Positions 11,760 through 24,407 are shown, counted from the first letter of the stretch. The stretch is DNA of 36,120 bases from Octopus bimaculoides (GCF_001194135.2 NC_068986.1:89088738-89124857), one strand, 5' to 3'. Numbers and translations are program-made. The notes: generated by a model from the letters alone, not told the origin.

Positions 11760-12042
11760 CACAGACACGTGTACCCTTAACGTAGTTCTCGGGGGATATT
11801 CAGCATGACACAGTGTGACAAGGCTGACCCTTTGAATTACAGGCAAAACAGAAACAAGAAGTAAGAGAGAAAGTTGTGGTGGAAGAGTACAGCAGGGTTT
11901 GCCACCATCCCCTGCCGGAGCCTCGTGGAGCTTTTAGGTGTTTTCGCTCAATAAACACTCACAACGCCCGGTCTGGGAATCGAAACCGCGATCCTGTCAC
12001 CGCGAGTCCGCCGCCTTAACCACTGGGCCATTGCGCCTCCAC
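11760..12042 (-). mobile_element. tRNA-derived SINE (Octopus-type family 3); 3' end lost in gap
   Basis: Minus strand starts GTGGAGGCGCAATGGCCCAGTGGTTAAGG, with Pol III A box TGGCCCAGTGG (12030-12020) and B box GGTTTCGATTCC (11987-11976). Confidence 0.85.
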
Positions 12043-12521
12043 CTTTAGCTACTTACACATTACTTAATCCACTTTTCCGCCTCCTACCACTCTCCACGTT
12101 TACTACTATTAGCAGCCTCTTTATGATTTTGAAATATAGTTCCTCCATCCTCCTGGTACTCTCCATCTAAACACCCCAACTCTCCTTCCTAATAGGTGTA
12201 GCTCTCTATAAAATCATTCACTTTTTAAAAGCTCCATCATGCCTACATTTCAAATGTAAAATTTTTATAATTTTTTTTCCTCCCAGAAGAAGGTGGCGAG
12301 GTTATCCAACTTATTTGTGATATCATTTTTTCTCTATAAGTTGAACTATGTATTCTTAATATTCACACACATTTACATTTTTCTTTTCAATTATATGTAT
12401 CTTTATATGTAAATAGACGTACCTGGTTTGTTTGTCGTTGCTTTACTCATTTAACGGCTCAAATTCTAATGTCTTGAGCTGTTCGAAGTGTTCCTATACA
12501 TAGTGAACATCTGCCTCTAAA

Positions 12522-12776
12522 ATATAAATTATATATATATATACATACACATATGCGAATATACATACATGTATGTAGTGAGAATTTACAAAAAAAGAAA
12601 AAACAAAAGACAAAGACGGATGTGTAAACAACAAACAGATGTATTAGTTTAACGGTCGGGAACCGAAAAAGTCTTCAACGTTTCGAGCCTACGCTCTTCC
12701 ACAGAAAGGAACACAGAAATAAACAGGGAGAGAAAATAGAAAATAGAAAAAGGTAGCCAGCGATCTATCATGGCGA
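12522..12776 (-). mobile_element. F1 HHR-like repeat unit
   Basis: Reverse complement matches 18540-18740 (GCCATGATAGATCGCT...CTGTGGAAGAGCGTAGGCTCGAAACG...GTAAATTCTC) and 4795-4990. Confidence 0.75.
12673..12708 (-). ncRNA. minimal type I hammerhead-like motif, family F1 (CUGUGGA core)
   Basis: CUUU / CUGUGGA-A / GAGC-GUAG-GCUC / GAAAC-GUU^ / GAAG. Stem II is perfect, AACGUU is palindromic, and stem I keeps pairing through a U.G wobble. Confidence 0.5.
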
Positions 12777-12790
12777 TATANNNNNNNNNN

Positions 12791-12937
<147 letters not shown>

Positions 12938-12963
12938 CATACATACATATTCATATGCATACA

Positions 12964-12999
<36 letters not shown>

Positions 13000-13933
13000 T
13001 GCATATGAACGCGATTAAGGTGTACGATAGATTACAGTAAGTTAATTCTAAACTTTATTCTAATTTCGAGAATCTATGTACACCAAAATCTAGAGACTCA
13101 TCTCGAAAATATTATCTACCTTTTCAGCAAAAAGAAAAAAAAATGAAAGGAATTGTGTCGAAAAAGAATACACAGATATAATAAACAACTTTTATCTCAG
13201 GAATTATTAACGATACGAAAATTAAGAAACAAAAAAATTAAGAACAATAAATAAACAACAAAAAATTATACAATAAATTGATTTTTGCATGTATTTGAGA
13301 GTTTATCATGCATTTGAATACTGAAAACTGTATATAATCAAAGTGATCCCAATACTAAAAACAGCGCATCAACCCTTATTCTCTTAACATTCAAACTGAA
13401 TAATAAATAATTATGTATAATAAATAGATGAGAATCACTTAGTTGTCAGCCCATAATAAAAGAGATTTCTCAGAAAACTTTTCTGTAATTGGTATATTTA
13501 AGGATGGTCGTCTTTTGTTGTTGTTTTTTGTTTTTGTTGTTTTTTTTGTTTTGTTTTTTGTTTTTTTTGGGGGGGCCGTCCTTTATTTCAGTTTTATTAT
13601 TGTTCTTACTTTAATATCCTTTGTTTGAAATCTTTCGTCACACATCTTATGACCGCTTCAACTACTCTCCATCTCACGTGCCTCTTCCTGTCCTGACTAA
13701 TTCAATCCACCTTTGTCTTTTTAGAATTAATTTCATTTGACAAATCAGTTTGAGAAACCAAACTACTAATTGTTATTCATGTCATGGAGAAACTTTTAAA
13801 TCAACTGCTTCGAACACGGCTTAAAAAACTATTCACAAGTGACGGCACTCATCTGAAGAATTTAAAGAAAAGATTTAGAGCAATGATACTGTTATGTCTC
13901 AAGCTACTGTTATCTAGCACCTTCGGATGATCT

Positions 13934-14009
13934 CTACTCAACCGCTACACAACTGCTACTCAACCGCTACACAACTGCTACTCAACCGCTACACAACTGC
14001 TACTCGACC
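13934..14009. repeat. 22-bp minisatellite CTACTCAACCGCTACACAACTG x3 plus a partial copy
   Basis: Three exact copies at 13934, 13956 and 13978. Confidence 0.9.
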
Positions 14010-15299
14010 TTTACTCAACCCTTCTGCCACGGCTAGACTACCTCTATTTATATGTCTTGGGTGATCCTACTTCTTCGCTTGGGGGTGTCGACACAACAGA
14101 TACTAAAATGAATTAGGTCTGGAGCAAATTTTTCAGAGGATGATGGAAAACAGCTACCGATAACCTATCTGAATCGCCGGCAAGGAATCCAGTGCCCTGT
14201 GTGCCTGCCCAGTGTTTAGGAAACCATGACCCAGCTGGATAAATAAAACGAAAACTGACAAATTTAGGGCTGTTCATTCAGAGCTAAAATCATTTCCTGG
14301 TGAAAATGAGAACTATTTGGATTTCTAAATCCAAGGAAGAACCTGTGTTAAAGTTACACCAATATTTAATTCTGTACCGTGACGTTCAGTAGTGAAATGG
14401 AAAAGATTGGTTTAAAAATTTTCAGCTAAATCACTATGATAAACTTAGATAAATGTTCCAAACGTGCACTAAAAACGACAAACCAATTAAAATGTAAAGG
14501 ATAGAGACTTATTTAGATATCAGGACCCAATAAAACGAAATTCAAAAACATACGAGAATTTAATAGTAGATGAAACTGATGAAAGTAGAGTACAGAAAAT
14601 TTTGAGAAAATGATTTTAAAAAATACGGAATATGTCAGACAAGTATAAAAACTTTATCAATAATCTATCTTCTCTAAGATTTTGGTAGGCTAATCCTATT
14701 TCTATCACAGTTAGTATCACAGTCAGTATCACGTCTGGTAAGTCGACACACATTTTATGCATGTCTGGTATCGACTCTTTGTTGGTTATGTGAAGGGTGT
14801 GAATTTAATACGATTTGTGGAGAGGATATGTTCCCCCTCACCGAAGTTGCCCCTACTATCAAAAAATAGACCAACTTCACCGAAAAGTGACACCCTTTCA
14901 TTAGAGACAGGATCCTCCTTGCACTTTGTATTTACCCTTTGACGTTTTCTTTTTATCATTTATTATTTGTTTAGGCGGTGGAATCTTTTTCCACCTTATT
15001 GTTATTTTGTGTTCGAATATTGCGCCAATACTTATGGTTTTTTTTATCGCATCGGTAATTCGTTGAGGCGTCACAACCTCATAACATACATGCAATATAT
15101 ATATATATATACATACATATATATATACACATATATATACATATATATATAAGATACATTTTCAGTAACACCCATATGAGTTGAATAAATTTGCAATCCT
15201 TCATTCGGAGAAAATCTAAGAGTCAATTTAAAACTTTAACGCTCTTAATTAGTATACAACATTATTGTAACGATTTGGAACATTAACCTATGACCATCA

Positions 15300-15430
15300 A
15301 TTTGTAAGGAGGAAGCAGCCTACCTCACACTGAACCTAGAACTTGATTGGTAATCATTTTTATGTTCCTAGAGAGATTAAAGGAAAGTGGAGGATTTTAT
15401 GAAGTACTTAAAACTCTTCTTCGCCGCCGT
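15300..15430 (-). mobile_element. highly degenerate SINE fragment (family 2)
   Basis: Loose similarity to 26000-26190 (…TTTATGTTCCTAGAGAGATTAAAGGAAAGTGG…). Confidence 0.35.
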
Positions 15431-15663
15431 ACTAATTCTGTTTAACATATGCACAAAGGTATACGCTTTTCGGGGCGGGGTGGCTAAAGTTGATTACAGC
15501 CATCCCTGTACTTCACTTGTAAATATTCTGTAATCGACTGAAGAGGTATGGAAGTTCCGTTCGGTAAGATTTGAACACAGAACCTAAATGGACGTAACTA
15601 AATACTGAAAAGCACATTGGCTGTAATCTAATGATGCCAGTATGTACTGCTCTCGATAAATAA

Positions 15664-15700
15664 TAACAACAGCAGCAATAAAAACGGCAGCAGCAGCAGC

Positions 15701-15742
<42 letters not shown>

Positions 15743-15770
15743 AATAATAATAATAATAACAATAATAATC

Positions 15771-15824
<54 letters not shown>

Positions 15825-15870
15825 GACTTCTGGTGATGGTGATGATTTTAATAATAACGATGATATAAAT
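15664..15870. repeat. (CAG)(CAA)(AAT) compound microsatellite
   Basis: Direct reading. Confidence 0.95.
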
Positions 15871-16277
15871 AATAACACGAATAATAACCCTAATATTTAA
15901 GGAACAAATGAAGCTGACCCCTATTTTATAAACTTACAATTGAGGTGGAAATTGAAAGGAAAGAATAATAAAGTTAATCGAAAATATAAAAGCCATGTCA
16001 TCATTCATATAGGTTTCTCTTATATATCATGTCTTTTATGAGAATACTTTCCTAAGAATAGTTTCTCAAGAATGGTTTCATAAGAACAGTCTACCAAAGA
16101 ATGGATTCCTTTTTCTGTATTATTCCATTATTCTATTGATTATAAGTATTTTCAATGGACTGCACTCGGAATGTCAGGAAGAAAACAAATAAAAATCTAA
16201 ATAAATACAAAAAATAGAAGCAAAATAAAGAATTTTTCCATCATAATATTAGAAGCTTTTTATGAGGAAAGCTTTTT

Positions 16278-16380
16278 CTACGGCCGATACGCGGCGGCAA
16301 GTCCTTTAGGCGACGGAAATGGACGGAAGTGGTCGGAAGTGGACGACGAAAGTGGACACAGAATGACGCGACAGGGAATT
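16278..16380. promoter_or_regulatory. CpG-rich patch with tandem ETS/GABP-like CGGAAGTG motifs (candidate promoter)
   Basis: ACGGAAATGG-ACGGAAGTGG-TCGGAAGTGG at exact 10-bp spacing (16313-16342), plus ACGAAAGTGG (16346-16355), in a locally CpG-dense patch. No linked gene was identified. Confidence 0.3.
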
Positions 16381-16614
16381 GGGGTATGAGGGGTGGGGGT
16401 TGTGGGAGAACTGGGTAAGGATAATGTTGGCCAGTAAAGTGAACGATATTGGACGAGAGACAACGGGAGCGTGTGTTGGCATGAGCAAACGAAAATGGAC
16501 GTTATCATTTTGGGATCATTTCATTATAAATCCCCGATTGGACAATTACAGATGTTTGGTAGCATTTGATTGAAAGAGAAAAGAAATGAATAAATAAACA
16601 TGAAATAACGCATA

Positions 16615-16616
16615 CG

Positions 16617-16667
<51 letters not shown>

Positions 16668-16690
16668 ATGAAAGAAAGAAAGATGAAAAG
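16615..16690. repeat. (GAAA)n microsatellite
   Basis: Direct reading. Confidence 0.95.
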
Positions 16691-17318
16691 AAAGTGAAGA
16701 GAAAGAAAAAAGCCAAAGAAAATTGTGACAGACAGGAAAAATAGAAAAAAGGAAAAGAAAGCTGGGAGTTATGCTGTGATATGAATGACCTCTGGTTAAT
16801 GATGACCTAGCGTATTAATATTTTTGAATGTGAAGTCAGGCAAGGAATTGGCGAGTTGCTCTTCATACACAAAACCCATTATGATACTGTGTACAGGTAA
16901 TTAGCTGCCATATTCAGTTTTTAAACTTTAACCTCACCAGCTAAATGGTGAAGATTGTGTTTGATACAGCATAAGATGGGAACAGAGGAAAGACATTACG
17001 TAGTTAGGAAAACAGCAAAAATATTGGCTGTAAAATGTTAAGATACGCTTTTGAGTGAGTAGAGTAATACGCAAGCACAGGAAAGTAAAGGCGGACGCAC
17101 ATACGATGCAAAGATGTACAGAAAGAACTTAGTCAACACATACATACATACATACATACATACATACATACACACAAACACACACACACACACAAACACA
17201 TATACAGCGTGTGGGTGTGAAGTTCTGTATACCTGTATATACAGAGAAACGTATATGTGCGTGTTTGTGTGAGTACATGTATGTTTGTATACATACACAC
17301 ACACATATATATATATAA

Positions 17319-17379
<61 letters not shown>

Positions 17380-17565
17380 GTTATTTTATATTCCGTTAGG
17401 AACGTGGTAGGGTACAGCATAAAGCTCGTCTGCCTTCAGAATTGCCCAACACTGTCGGTATTATTATACACTTTTATGTTTGTATTTGGGCATTCATCGT
17501 TTGTGAATATAAAATTGAAGAAATTGGAGTCAAGAAGAAAGAGTACGGTTGCACATTTATTTATG

Positions 17566-17880
17566 ATTCGTTACAATTGTTTCGATGCAACGTACTTCTC
17601 CAAGAACACTGGTATTTGATTATGCAATTGTTTGTTTGCATAATGAGATCTAGTTGTGTCTCCCCAGGCGATATATGAGTGTTGTTTCCGTTCGTTTAAA
17701 ATCGTCGACTTCAAGGCCATCTCCTCTGTTCGCTGTGGTTTGAATTTAGCAATGGCTAATAGACCCATGGTTTGTGCCGCGAGAGCGCGTTTGTCGGACT
17801 GCTACGAATAGTAGTAGATGGTACTGGCTGACATCTAAATGGTATTGGTCTTCTATTTGGTTGTATCTCTGATCTGTTCT
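17566..17880 (-). mobile_element. possible PLE 3' remnant: weak GIY-YIG-like tail followed by a decayed HHR-like motif
   Basis: Minus strand ...KRTETTLIYRLGRHN* resembles the GIY-YIG C-terminal E..LI..LG pattern. About 60 nt downstream lies CUUGGAGA-A...CAUC-GAAAC-AAUU-GUA^ (17609-17566), with the palindrome ACAAUUGU. Confidence 0.3.
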
Positions 17881-18450
17881 TCATGATTGATTACACGTGA
17901 ATTTCTTAAGCTGACCTTTAGTATTCAGTAGTTGGATATATACTCACATACACACACACGGACTGACACGTGTATTTCTTTGGTATTTCACGTGTATCCT
18001 AAACCATTCTTGTACAAATTAAAAATTATTTTCTTCAAATCTTTTTTGTTGTTTTTTTGGTGCCATTATATCCACAACGAAGATTTTCACCACGGTACAC
18101 AAATCAGAAATCTTGCAGAAGCAATAACAATGAGCGATTCATAAATGCCAGTAGAAATAATTTACTAGAAATTATCAGCAATAGCTAAATTCATTAAAAC
18201 AAGTGAATAAAATATTGAATATAGCAAATTTCCTTTGGCATGTACATATTTTTGTAACCTTTGAAAACTAATGTTTCGTCCATATCTTTGAAAATGTTTT
18301 GGGTTCCAAATTTGCACAATGTTTGCATGTATAAAATATTTTATTCAGTATAAATTTCGTTTGATTTCCTTCGATATTATCAGAGTAATGGCAATTTTAC
18401 TGATGTGTTAGGGGTGTACATACTTCTGTGAGATACTGTATAACTGTTTT

Positions 18451-19189
18451 GTACTTTCTAAACATTTTTTGTACATTCTGCCTTTTCCTATTTTCGTTTC
18501 TTCATACTCTGGTTGTTCTTACTCTGTTTCTCTACTCTTCTGTCCGCCATTCGTCTTGATAGACCGCTAGCCACTACACATTCTTTATTTTCTCTCCCTG
18601 TTTCTTTCTGTGTTCCTTTCTGTGGAAGAGCGTGGGCTCGAAACATTAAAGACTTGTTTTCACATCCCGAGCGTTAACCTAATACATCTGTTTGTTGTCT
18701 ACACCACCTGTCTTCGTCTTTTTTTTTTTTGTGAATTCTCCCCATAAATTACACGCTCACGTGGTCGCACCAGTTAATCCTGTCATCTCTCATAACCCAA
18801 CGAACTTTTCTTGGATTTTCTACATCTTCTACACTTCGGACTATTCTACCTGGATTCTCTACCTGAACTTTCTACTCTCGTACACTTCAGCTGCACCTCT
18901 CCAGTCCATGGATTACACTGGACTCCGCTGTTGATGATAAATCGCTCGAATACACCACGACGTTTGAAGCTTTTGAACCTTCTGTACTTTTCTTGACTTT
19001 TTCGTACTTTCTAAACTTTTTCTGTACTTTCTGCTTTTGCCTATTTTCGTTTCTTTATACTCTGGTTGTCCTAACTCTGTTTCTCTACCCCTCTGTCCGG
19101 CATTTGCCATGATAGATCGCTAGCCACTACACGTTCTTTATTTTCTCTCCCTGTTTCTTTCTGTGTTCCTTTCTGTGTTCCTTTCTGTG
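18451..19189 (+). mobile_element. partial tandem (1.3 units, ~553-bp period) of an F1 HHR-like repeat
   Basis: 18451-18625 is repeated at 19004-19189; the second copy is truncated inside the HHR core (CTGTG). Confidence 0.75.
18616..18651 (+). ncRNA. minimal type I hammerhead-like motif, family F1 (CUGUGGA core)
   Basis: CUUU / CUGUGGA-A / GAGC-GUGG-GCUC / GAAAC-AUU^ / AAAG; the G of stem III is mutated to A. Confidence 0.45.
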
Positions 19190-19350
19190 TACATAGATTC
19201 TCGAAATTAGAATAAAGTTTAGAATTAACTTACTGTAATCTATCGTACACCTTAATCGCGTTCATATGCATATATACATACATACAAACATACATACATG
19301 CATACATACATATATATATATATGTATGCATATGAATATGTATGTATGTG

Positions 19351-19447
<97 letters not shown>
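19187..19447 (+). repeat. inverted duplicate of 12831-13083 (84-bp unique segment plus compound microsatellite)
   Basis: 19187-19270 is the exact reverse complement of 13000-13083; the adjoining microsatellites share order but differ in detail. Confidence 0.9.
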
Positions 19448-19879
19448 NNNNNNNNNNNNNNNNNNNNNNNNNNNNNNNNNNNNNNNNNNNNNNNNNNNNN
19501 NNNNNNNNNNNNNNNNNNNNNNNNNNNNNNNNNNNNNNNNNNNNNNNNNNNNNNNNNNNNNNNNNNNNNNNNNNNNNNNNNNNNNNNNNNNNNNNNNNNN
19601 NNNNNNNNNNNNNNNNNNNNNNNNNNNNNNNNNNNNNNNNNNNNNNNNNNNNNNNNNNNNNNNNNNNNNNNNNNNNNNNNNNNNNNNNNNNNNNNNNNNN
19701 NNNNNNNNNNNNNNNNNNNNNNNNNNNNNNNNNNNNNNNNNNNNNNNNNNNNNNNNNNNNNNNNNNNNNNNNNNNNNNNNNNNNNNNNNNNNNNNNNNNN
19801 NNNNNNNNNNNNNNNNNNNNNNNNNNNNNNNNNNNNNNNNNNNNNNNNNNNNNNNNNNNNNNNNNNNNNNNNNNNNNNN

Positions 19880-19918
<39 letters not shown>

Positions 19919-19937
19919 GAGAGAGAGAGAGAGAGAC

Positions 19938-19974
<37 letters not shown>

Positions 19975-20065
19975 TAGACAGACAGACAGACAGAAAGACA
20001 GACAGAGAGAGAGACAGAAACAGACAGACAGACAGACATGCAGACAGGTAGATAGACAGAGATAG

Positions 20066-20139
<74 letters not shown>

Positions 20140-20185
20140 ATGAGGGGGTACATAGTAATAGATCCAGTATATGCATATATTTGTT

Positions 20186-20570
20186 TAAGCTTGCTTCCCA
20201 ACCGTGTGATTCCGGGTTCAGTCTCGCAGCATTGCACCTTAGGGAAGTGTCTTGTACTATGACCACGGGCTGATCCTTGAATGTGTTTTGGTAGATGGAA
20301 ACTGAAAGAAGTTCATGAAATCACACACATACATACATGTAAGTATGTGTGTGTCTTTTTGTTTGTCCTCACCACTGCTTGACAATCAATGTTGGTGTGT
20401 TTATGTTCTCGTAACTTAGTTGTTAGACAAATCAGACGGATGGATTAGATACTAAGCTTTCTAAAATTAATCCTGCGGTCGATTTGTTCGACTAAAACTC
20501 TTCAAGTTGGTGTTCTATCATGGTTACAGTTAAATGACTGAAACAGGTAAATGATTAAAAAGATAAAAGG
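20186..20570 (+). mobile_element. degenerate tRNA-SINE (family 1), 5'-eroded
   Basis: Collinear with 25418-25905, with B box GGGTTCAGTCTC and 3' CAGTTAAATGACTGAAACAGG. Confidence 0.8.
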
Positions 20571-20587
20571 TACATATATACATATTC

Positions 20588-21066
20588 TTTTATGATATCC
20601 GTCGGAAGGACAATCCCGAGGACAAAGGAATAAGAACTCACAGTATGGCAGAAGCCATAGTCACTCATAATAAAAAGGAATACTGGTGGAATGTCCTAGT
20701 AAAGATCTCAATAAAATGTAAGCACAACAGACCTGATATAATGATTTGGGATGGAGAAGAGAAACTGTGCGCAGTTGTGGAAATTAGCTACCCAGCGGAT
20801 GTTAGCATAAAGTTGAAGATCAGTGAAGAGAACACTTATGCTGAACTATTGAGAAATCGGCAGTTACTCTATCCAGATTACAAGTTCAGGTTTATACTTG
20901 TAGTTATTGGGGCCCTGGGATATATGTAATACACTGCCTAAATACCAATCATGAGAAATTAGGCTTCTCAAAATCGGAAAGGAGAAAGCTAATTCAAAGA
21001 CTACAGATTCAACCCATCAGTGGAACTGTAAAAATCTGTAAGAATTTCCAGAAGTTTATCATTTAA
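20588..21066 (+). mobile_element. 3' end of RLE-type non-LTR retrotransposon (PD-(D/E)xK endonuclease), frameshifted
   Basis: YDIRRKDNPE...KEYWWNVLVKISIKCKHNRPDIMIWDGEEKLCAVVEISYPADVSI...YAELLRNRQLLYPDYKFRFILVVIGALGY / HCLNTNHEKLGFSK...LIQRLQIQPISGTVKICKNFQKFII*. The RPD..E and VVIGALG motifs of RLE are present; a probable 3' UTR with (ACAT)n follows to ~21330. Confidence 0.85.
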
Positions 21067-21428
21067 ATATATATATGAGCATGTCTGGATATGCAACTAT
21101 ACGCATGAGAATACATACATAAAACAAAACATACAAATCTGCACACACATATACATACATACATACATACAAACATACATACATACATACATACATACAT
21201 ACATACAAAAATACATACATACAAAAATACACTCTTGTTGATGTTAAAATTCCAATGAAGGAACCTTGAATCTAGGTTAGAAACTGGCTCTTTCTCTATT
21301 GGCAAGAAATCTTGAAATAAAACTGTACGATGACCAGAGATACATGCATGCATACATACATACATACATACATACATACATACACACACACACATACATA
21401 CATACACATACATACATACATACATACA

Positions 21429-21462
<34 letters not shown>

Positions 21463-22318
21463 CATACATACAATGGTGACGGAGTAAGAATTTATAAATT
21501 TCCGAGAGGTGAAATTATTCTTTTTCGGAACGTTGGATTTGGAAACACATAAAGTTCTAAATAATAACATGAGTAGTGGAGTGGAAAACGTTTTTGAGTG
21601 GGAAGATTTCGGCTTTTTCTATTCAAAAAATTTTTTTGTAATCATTATCCACGTTATATTATTTTTAGATTTCTGTACATCGAGATCTAATACTCCATAG
21701 CAGAATTATTTCCCACACATATATACATAGTTTTTTCTTATGTGAAGGTAAGATCAAAGAAAAAATTACCCCATTTGGTGGAAGATAAATGTAATTAAAT
21801 GTGCATTGTGTTTAAAAAAGATATACTAATATCTCCTTGCCATTAAGACCCGTGGTTAGGCTGATAACATGTTTTGTGTCTGAAAGCAATCTCTCAGGCG
21901 CTGACCACGTGCTTTGTTCTATTTAAAAATCAGGACGTTGTTACATGAGAAACGACGAGAAAAACATGCCCTTTTAGAGTAGAAGTCACATTTAAACTAC
22001 TTGTAGAATAATTTAACAGAAAGGAATCCAAAGTTTGCGAGACAGCTGCTGAAACTGGAGAGGGTGGTGTCCTCCAGTTTACTATATGGAACTTTACGAT
22101 GTGTTTGCATTTGCTGCAAATTTCAGATTTGTGATGAAGTAATGTGATGAAATTCTTGAATAGATCCATTTGTAAATGGCAGAGATTTCTCCACGATACC
22201 CTTGATTGTATGTGGTTTACAGTTTGTCACCAATTCTATTACTTGGCTAACAAAATGTTGTGACCAAAGCTTTAGGATTAATTGGTGATACCTAGCATGT
22301 TATAAAAACCTGTCGAAA

Positions 22319-22357
22319 TCTTGCCATTAAGACACTGGTAGTGTCGTAATGGCAAGA
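22319..22357. other. near-perfect 18-bp-stem DNA hairpin
   Basis: TCTTGCCATTAAGACACT-GGT-AGTGTCGTAATGGCAAGA, with one mismatch. Confidence 0.85.
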
Positions 22358-22749
22358 CATTATTAGTAGCATATCTACATATAGAAATTCTTGGCATGTG
22401 TGTGTATGTGTGTGTGGTATTGGCATTGGCATTGTTGTAGGTACATGTTGCGGTATAGGAGCTCGCTTTGCTGTTAGAATTAACGGTGGTGCTGCAAGTG
22501 ATGAAAACAGTTGTGACACGCATACTTATGCTCTGTGGATAGTAGTGTCGGTGTGGCTTCTGAATATTCATGCTATTACGATGTATGATATTCAGCTCAG
22601 TGTGAGCCATGACTGTGCTGACATATGATGGAAAGCTGTCCAGCACTGATCATCCCGTCTTTCTCTCTGATCCAATGCATCTATGTCAGGACCTGTTCTA
22701 CATTCAAGACGGTCGTCTTTGAAAAGAAGGGAAATTTGGCTATGGTGTT

Positions 22750-23450
22750 GTCGATGCTGGTGGTGTCAGTGTCTCTGTTGTTGTGGGTGGCGCTGGTAAT
22801 GCTAGTACTGCTGCTGGTGCTGATGCTGGTGCTGATGCTGGTGATGCTGATGGTGCCAGTCATGGTGGTTAGGGTAGTTGTGATGCACTTCATGCAGCTA
22901 ACGTTGATACTGTGTTCGGTGACTAAGATGGCAGTGATGAAGCGGGTAGAGGGTTCTTATAGTGATGTCGGAATTGGTTGTGTTGGTAGAAATTGGCGGC
23001 GACGAGGGCGGCGGCGATGAGGGCGGCGGCGGTGAGGGCGGCGGCGGTGNNNNNNNNNNNNNNNNNNNNNNNNNNNNNNNNNNNNNNNNNNNNNNNNNNN
23101 NNNNNNNNNNNNNNNNNNNNNNNNNNNNNNNNNNNNNNNNNNNNNNNNNNNNNNNNNNNNNNNNNNNNNNNNNNNNNNNNNNNNNNNNNNNNNNNNNNNN
23201 NNNNNNNNNNNNNNNNNNNNNNNNNNNNNNNNNNNNNNNNNNNNNNNNNNNNNNNNNNNNNGCGGCGGTGGTAGTTGTGTTGGTGGTGATGGTGGTGGTA
23301 GTGGTAGTAGTGGTGTCAGTGGTAGTGGTGGCTGTAGTCTTCTTTATAGTGGTTTTGATGATGACAATAATGGCGGTGATAGCTGTGGTTAAGATTGTGT
23401 AGCTTGTGATGTTGACGTGTTGATTATAGTGGTGATGGTGGTATGAGTGA
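22750..23450. repeat. low-complexity (GAT/GGT/GCT/GTA) region with a 15-bp GGCGGCGGTGAGGGC-type tandem at the gap edge
   Basis: Direct reading. Confidence 0.85.
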
Positions 23451-24214
23451 GAGTGATTTTTTTGCGTGCATGAGTGTGCGCCTGCATATTTACATATCTA
23501 TATGTTTCTTTATATGTATGTATGTGTCTGTGTAACTGTGTGAGTGTATGTATGTGTCTGTGTGTGCGTGAGTGCGGAGTGGAAGACGTGGGTGGAGGCC
23601 AACTGGTCATCTCAGCCAAAATTGGCAGCAAAATGTTGCCAATGCAATAAGTAAAGAGTTATATAGAAAGACAAGAAAACGGTGCCGTGTGGAGTGGTAT
23701 GAAGTGGAGAGGAGTGGAGTCTAGTATAAAATAGATGGCGGTATAGGTGTGGTAAAGATGGAGGATGCGTGATGGTGGTGGTGGTGATGGTGGTGGTGGA
23801 GGAGGAGCAATGGGGTCTGTTCCGATGACGATGTTATTAACGGACAAACAATGAATTAAACGAGATGGTATGAATAAATAGATGGCGGAGTAAATAAAGG
23901 GATGATTGGAAGAAGAGAAGGGAGAGAGAAAGAGGAAGCGAGATAAAGAGAGACAGAGAGAGAGAGAGAGAGGTGTGATGTATAGGGGAGAAAAAGAGAA
24001 GGTGAAATGACTATAGAAGTGAAGAAAGAGAAATAACGTATGGGAGAATGGAATATCGGACGAAAAAAAGTTAATGAAAGGAAGGGAAGAAATAAAAGAT
24101 TGAACTGTGGAAAAATAAATGGATAAATAAGGATATTTGAATGAAAAGACAGACGCACAGACAGACATATAGATAGAAATAAATAATATAGGGAATGATA
24201 ATGAGAAAGAAGAA

Positions 24215-24335
24215 TGACGGGGGGAAGGAAGGAAGGAAGGAAGGAAATATAGGAAAAATAGAAAGTCAGCAAAATAGAAAGCGAAATGAATGGATGAATG
24301 AAAAGAAAGATACAAAGAAAGAAAAATGGCGGGGA

Positions 24336-24407
<72 letters not shown>

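Noticed and set aside
11965-12042. tRNA gene
   Set aside because: The tRNA-like head lacks a proper acceptor stem and continues into a SINE body.
12280-12330. CAGAAGA-A-GGUGG...CCAAC, resembling an HHR core and stem II
   Set aside because: No GAAA, cleavage triplet or stem I follows.
13934-14009. CRISPR-like repeat array
   Set aside because: Contiguous tandem without spacers, in a eukaryotic context.
22020-22140. Candidate plus-strand exon (RNPKFARQLLKLERVVSSSLLYGTLRCVCICCKFQICDE)
   Set aside because: Weak polypyrimidine tract and no recognisable family.
22962-23402. Gly/Val-rich ORFs across the gap
   Set aside because: Trinucleotide low-complexity sequence spanning Ns.
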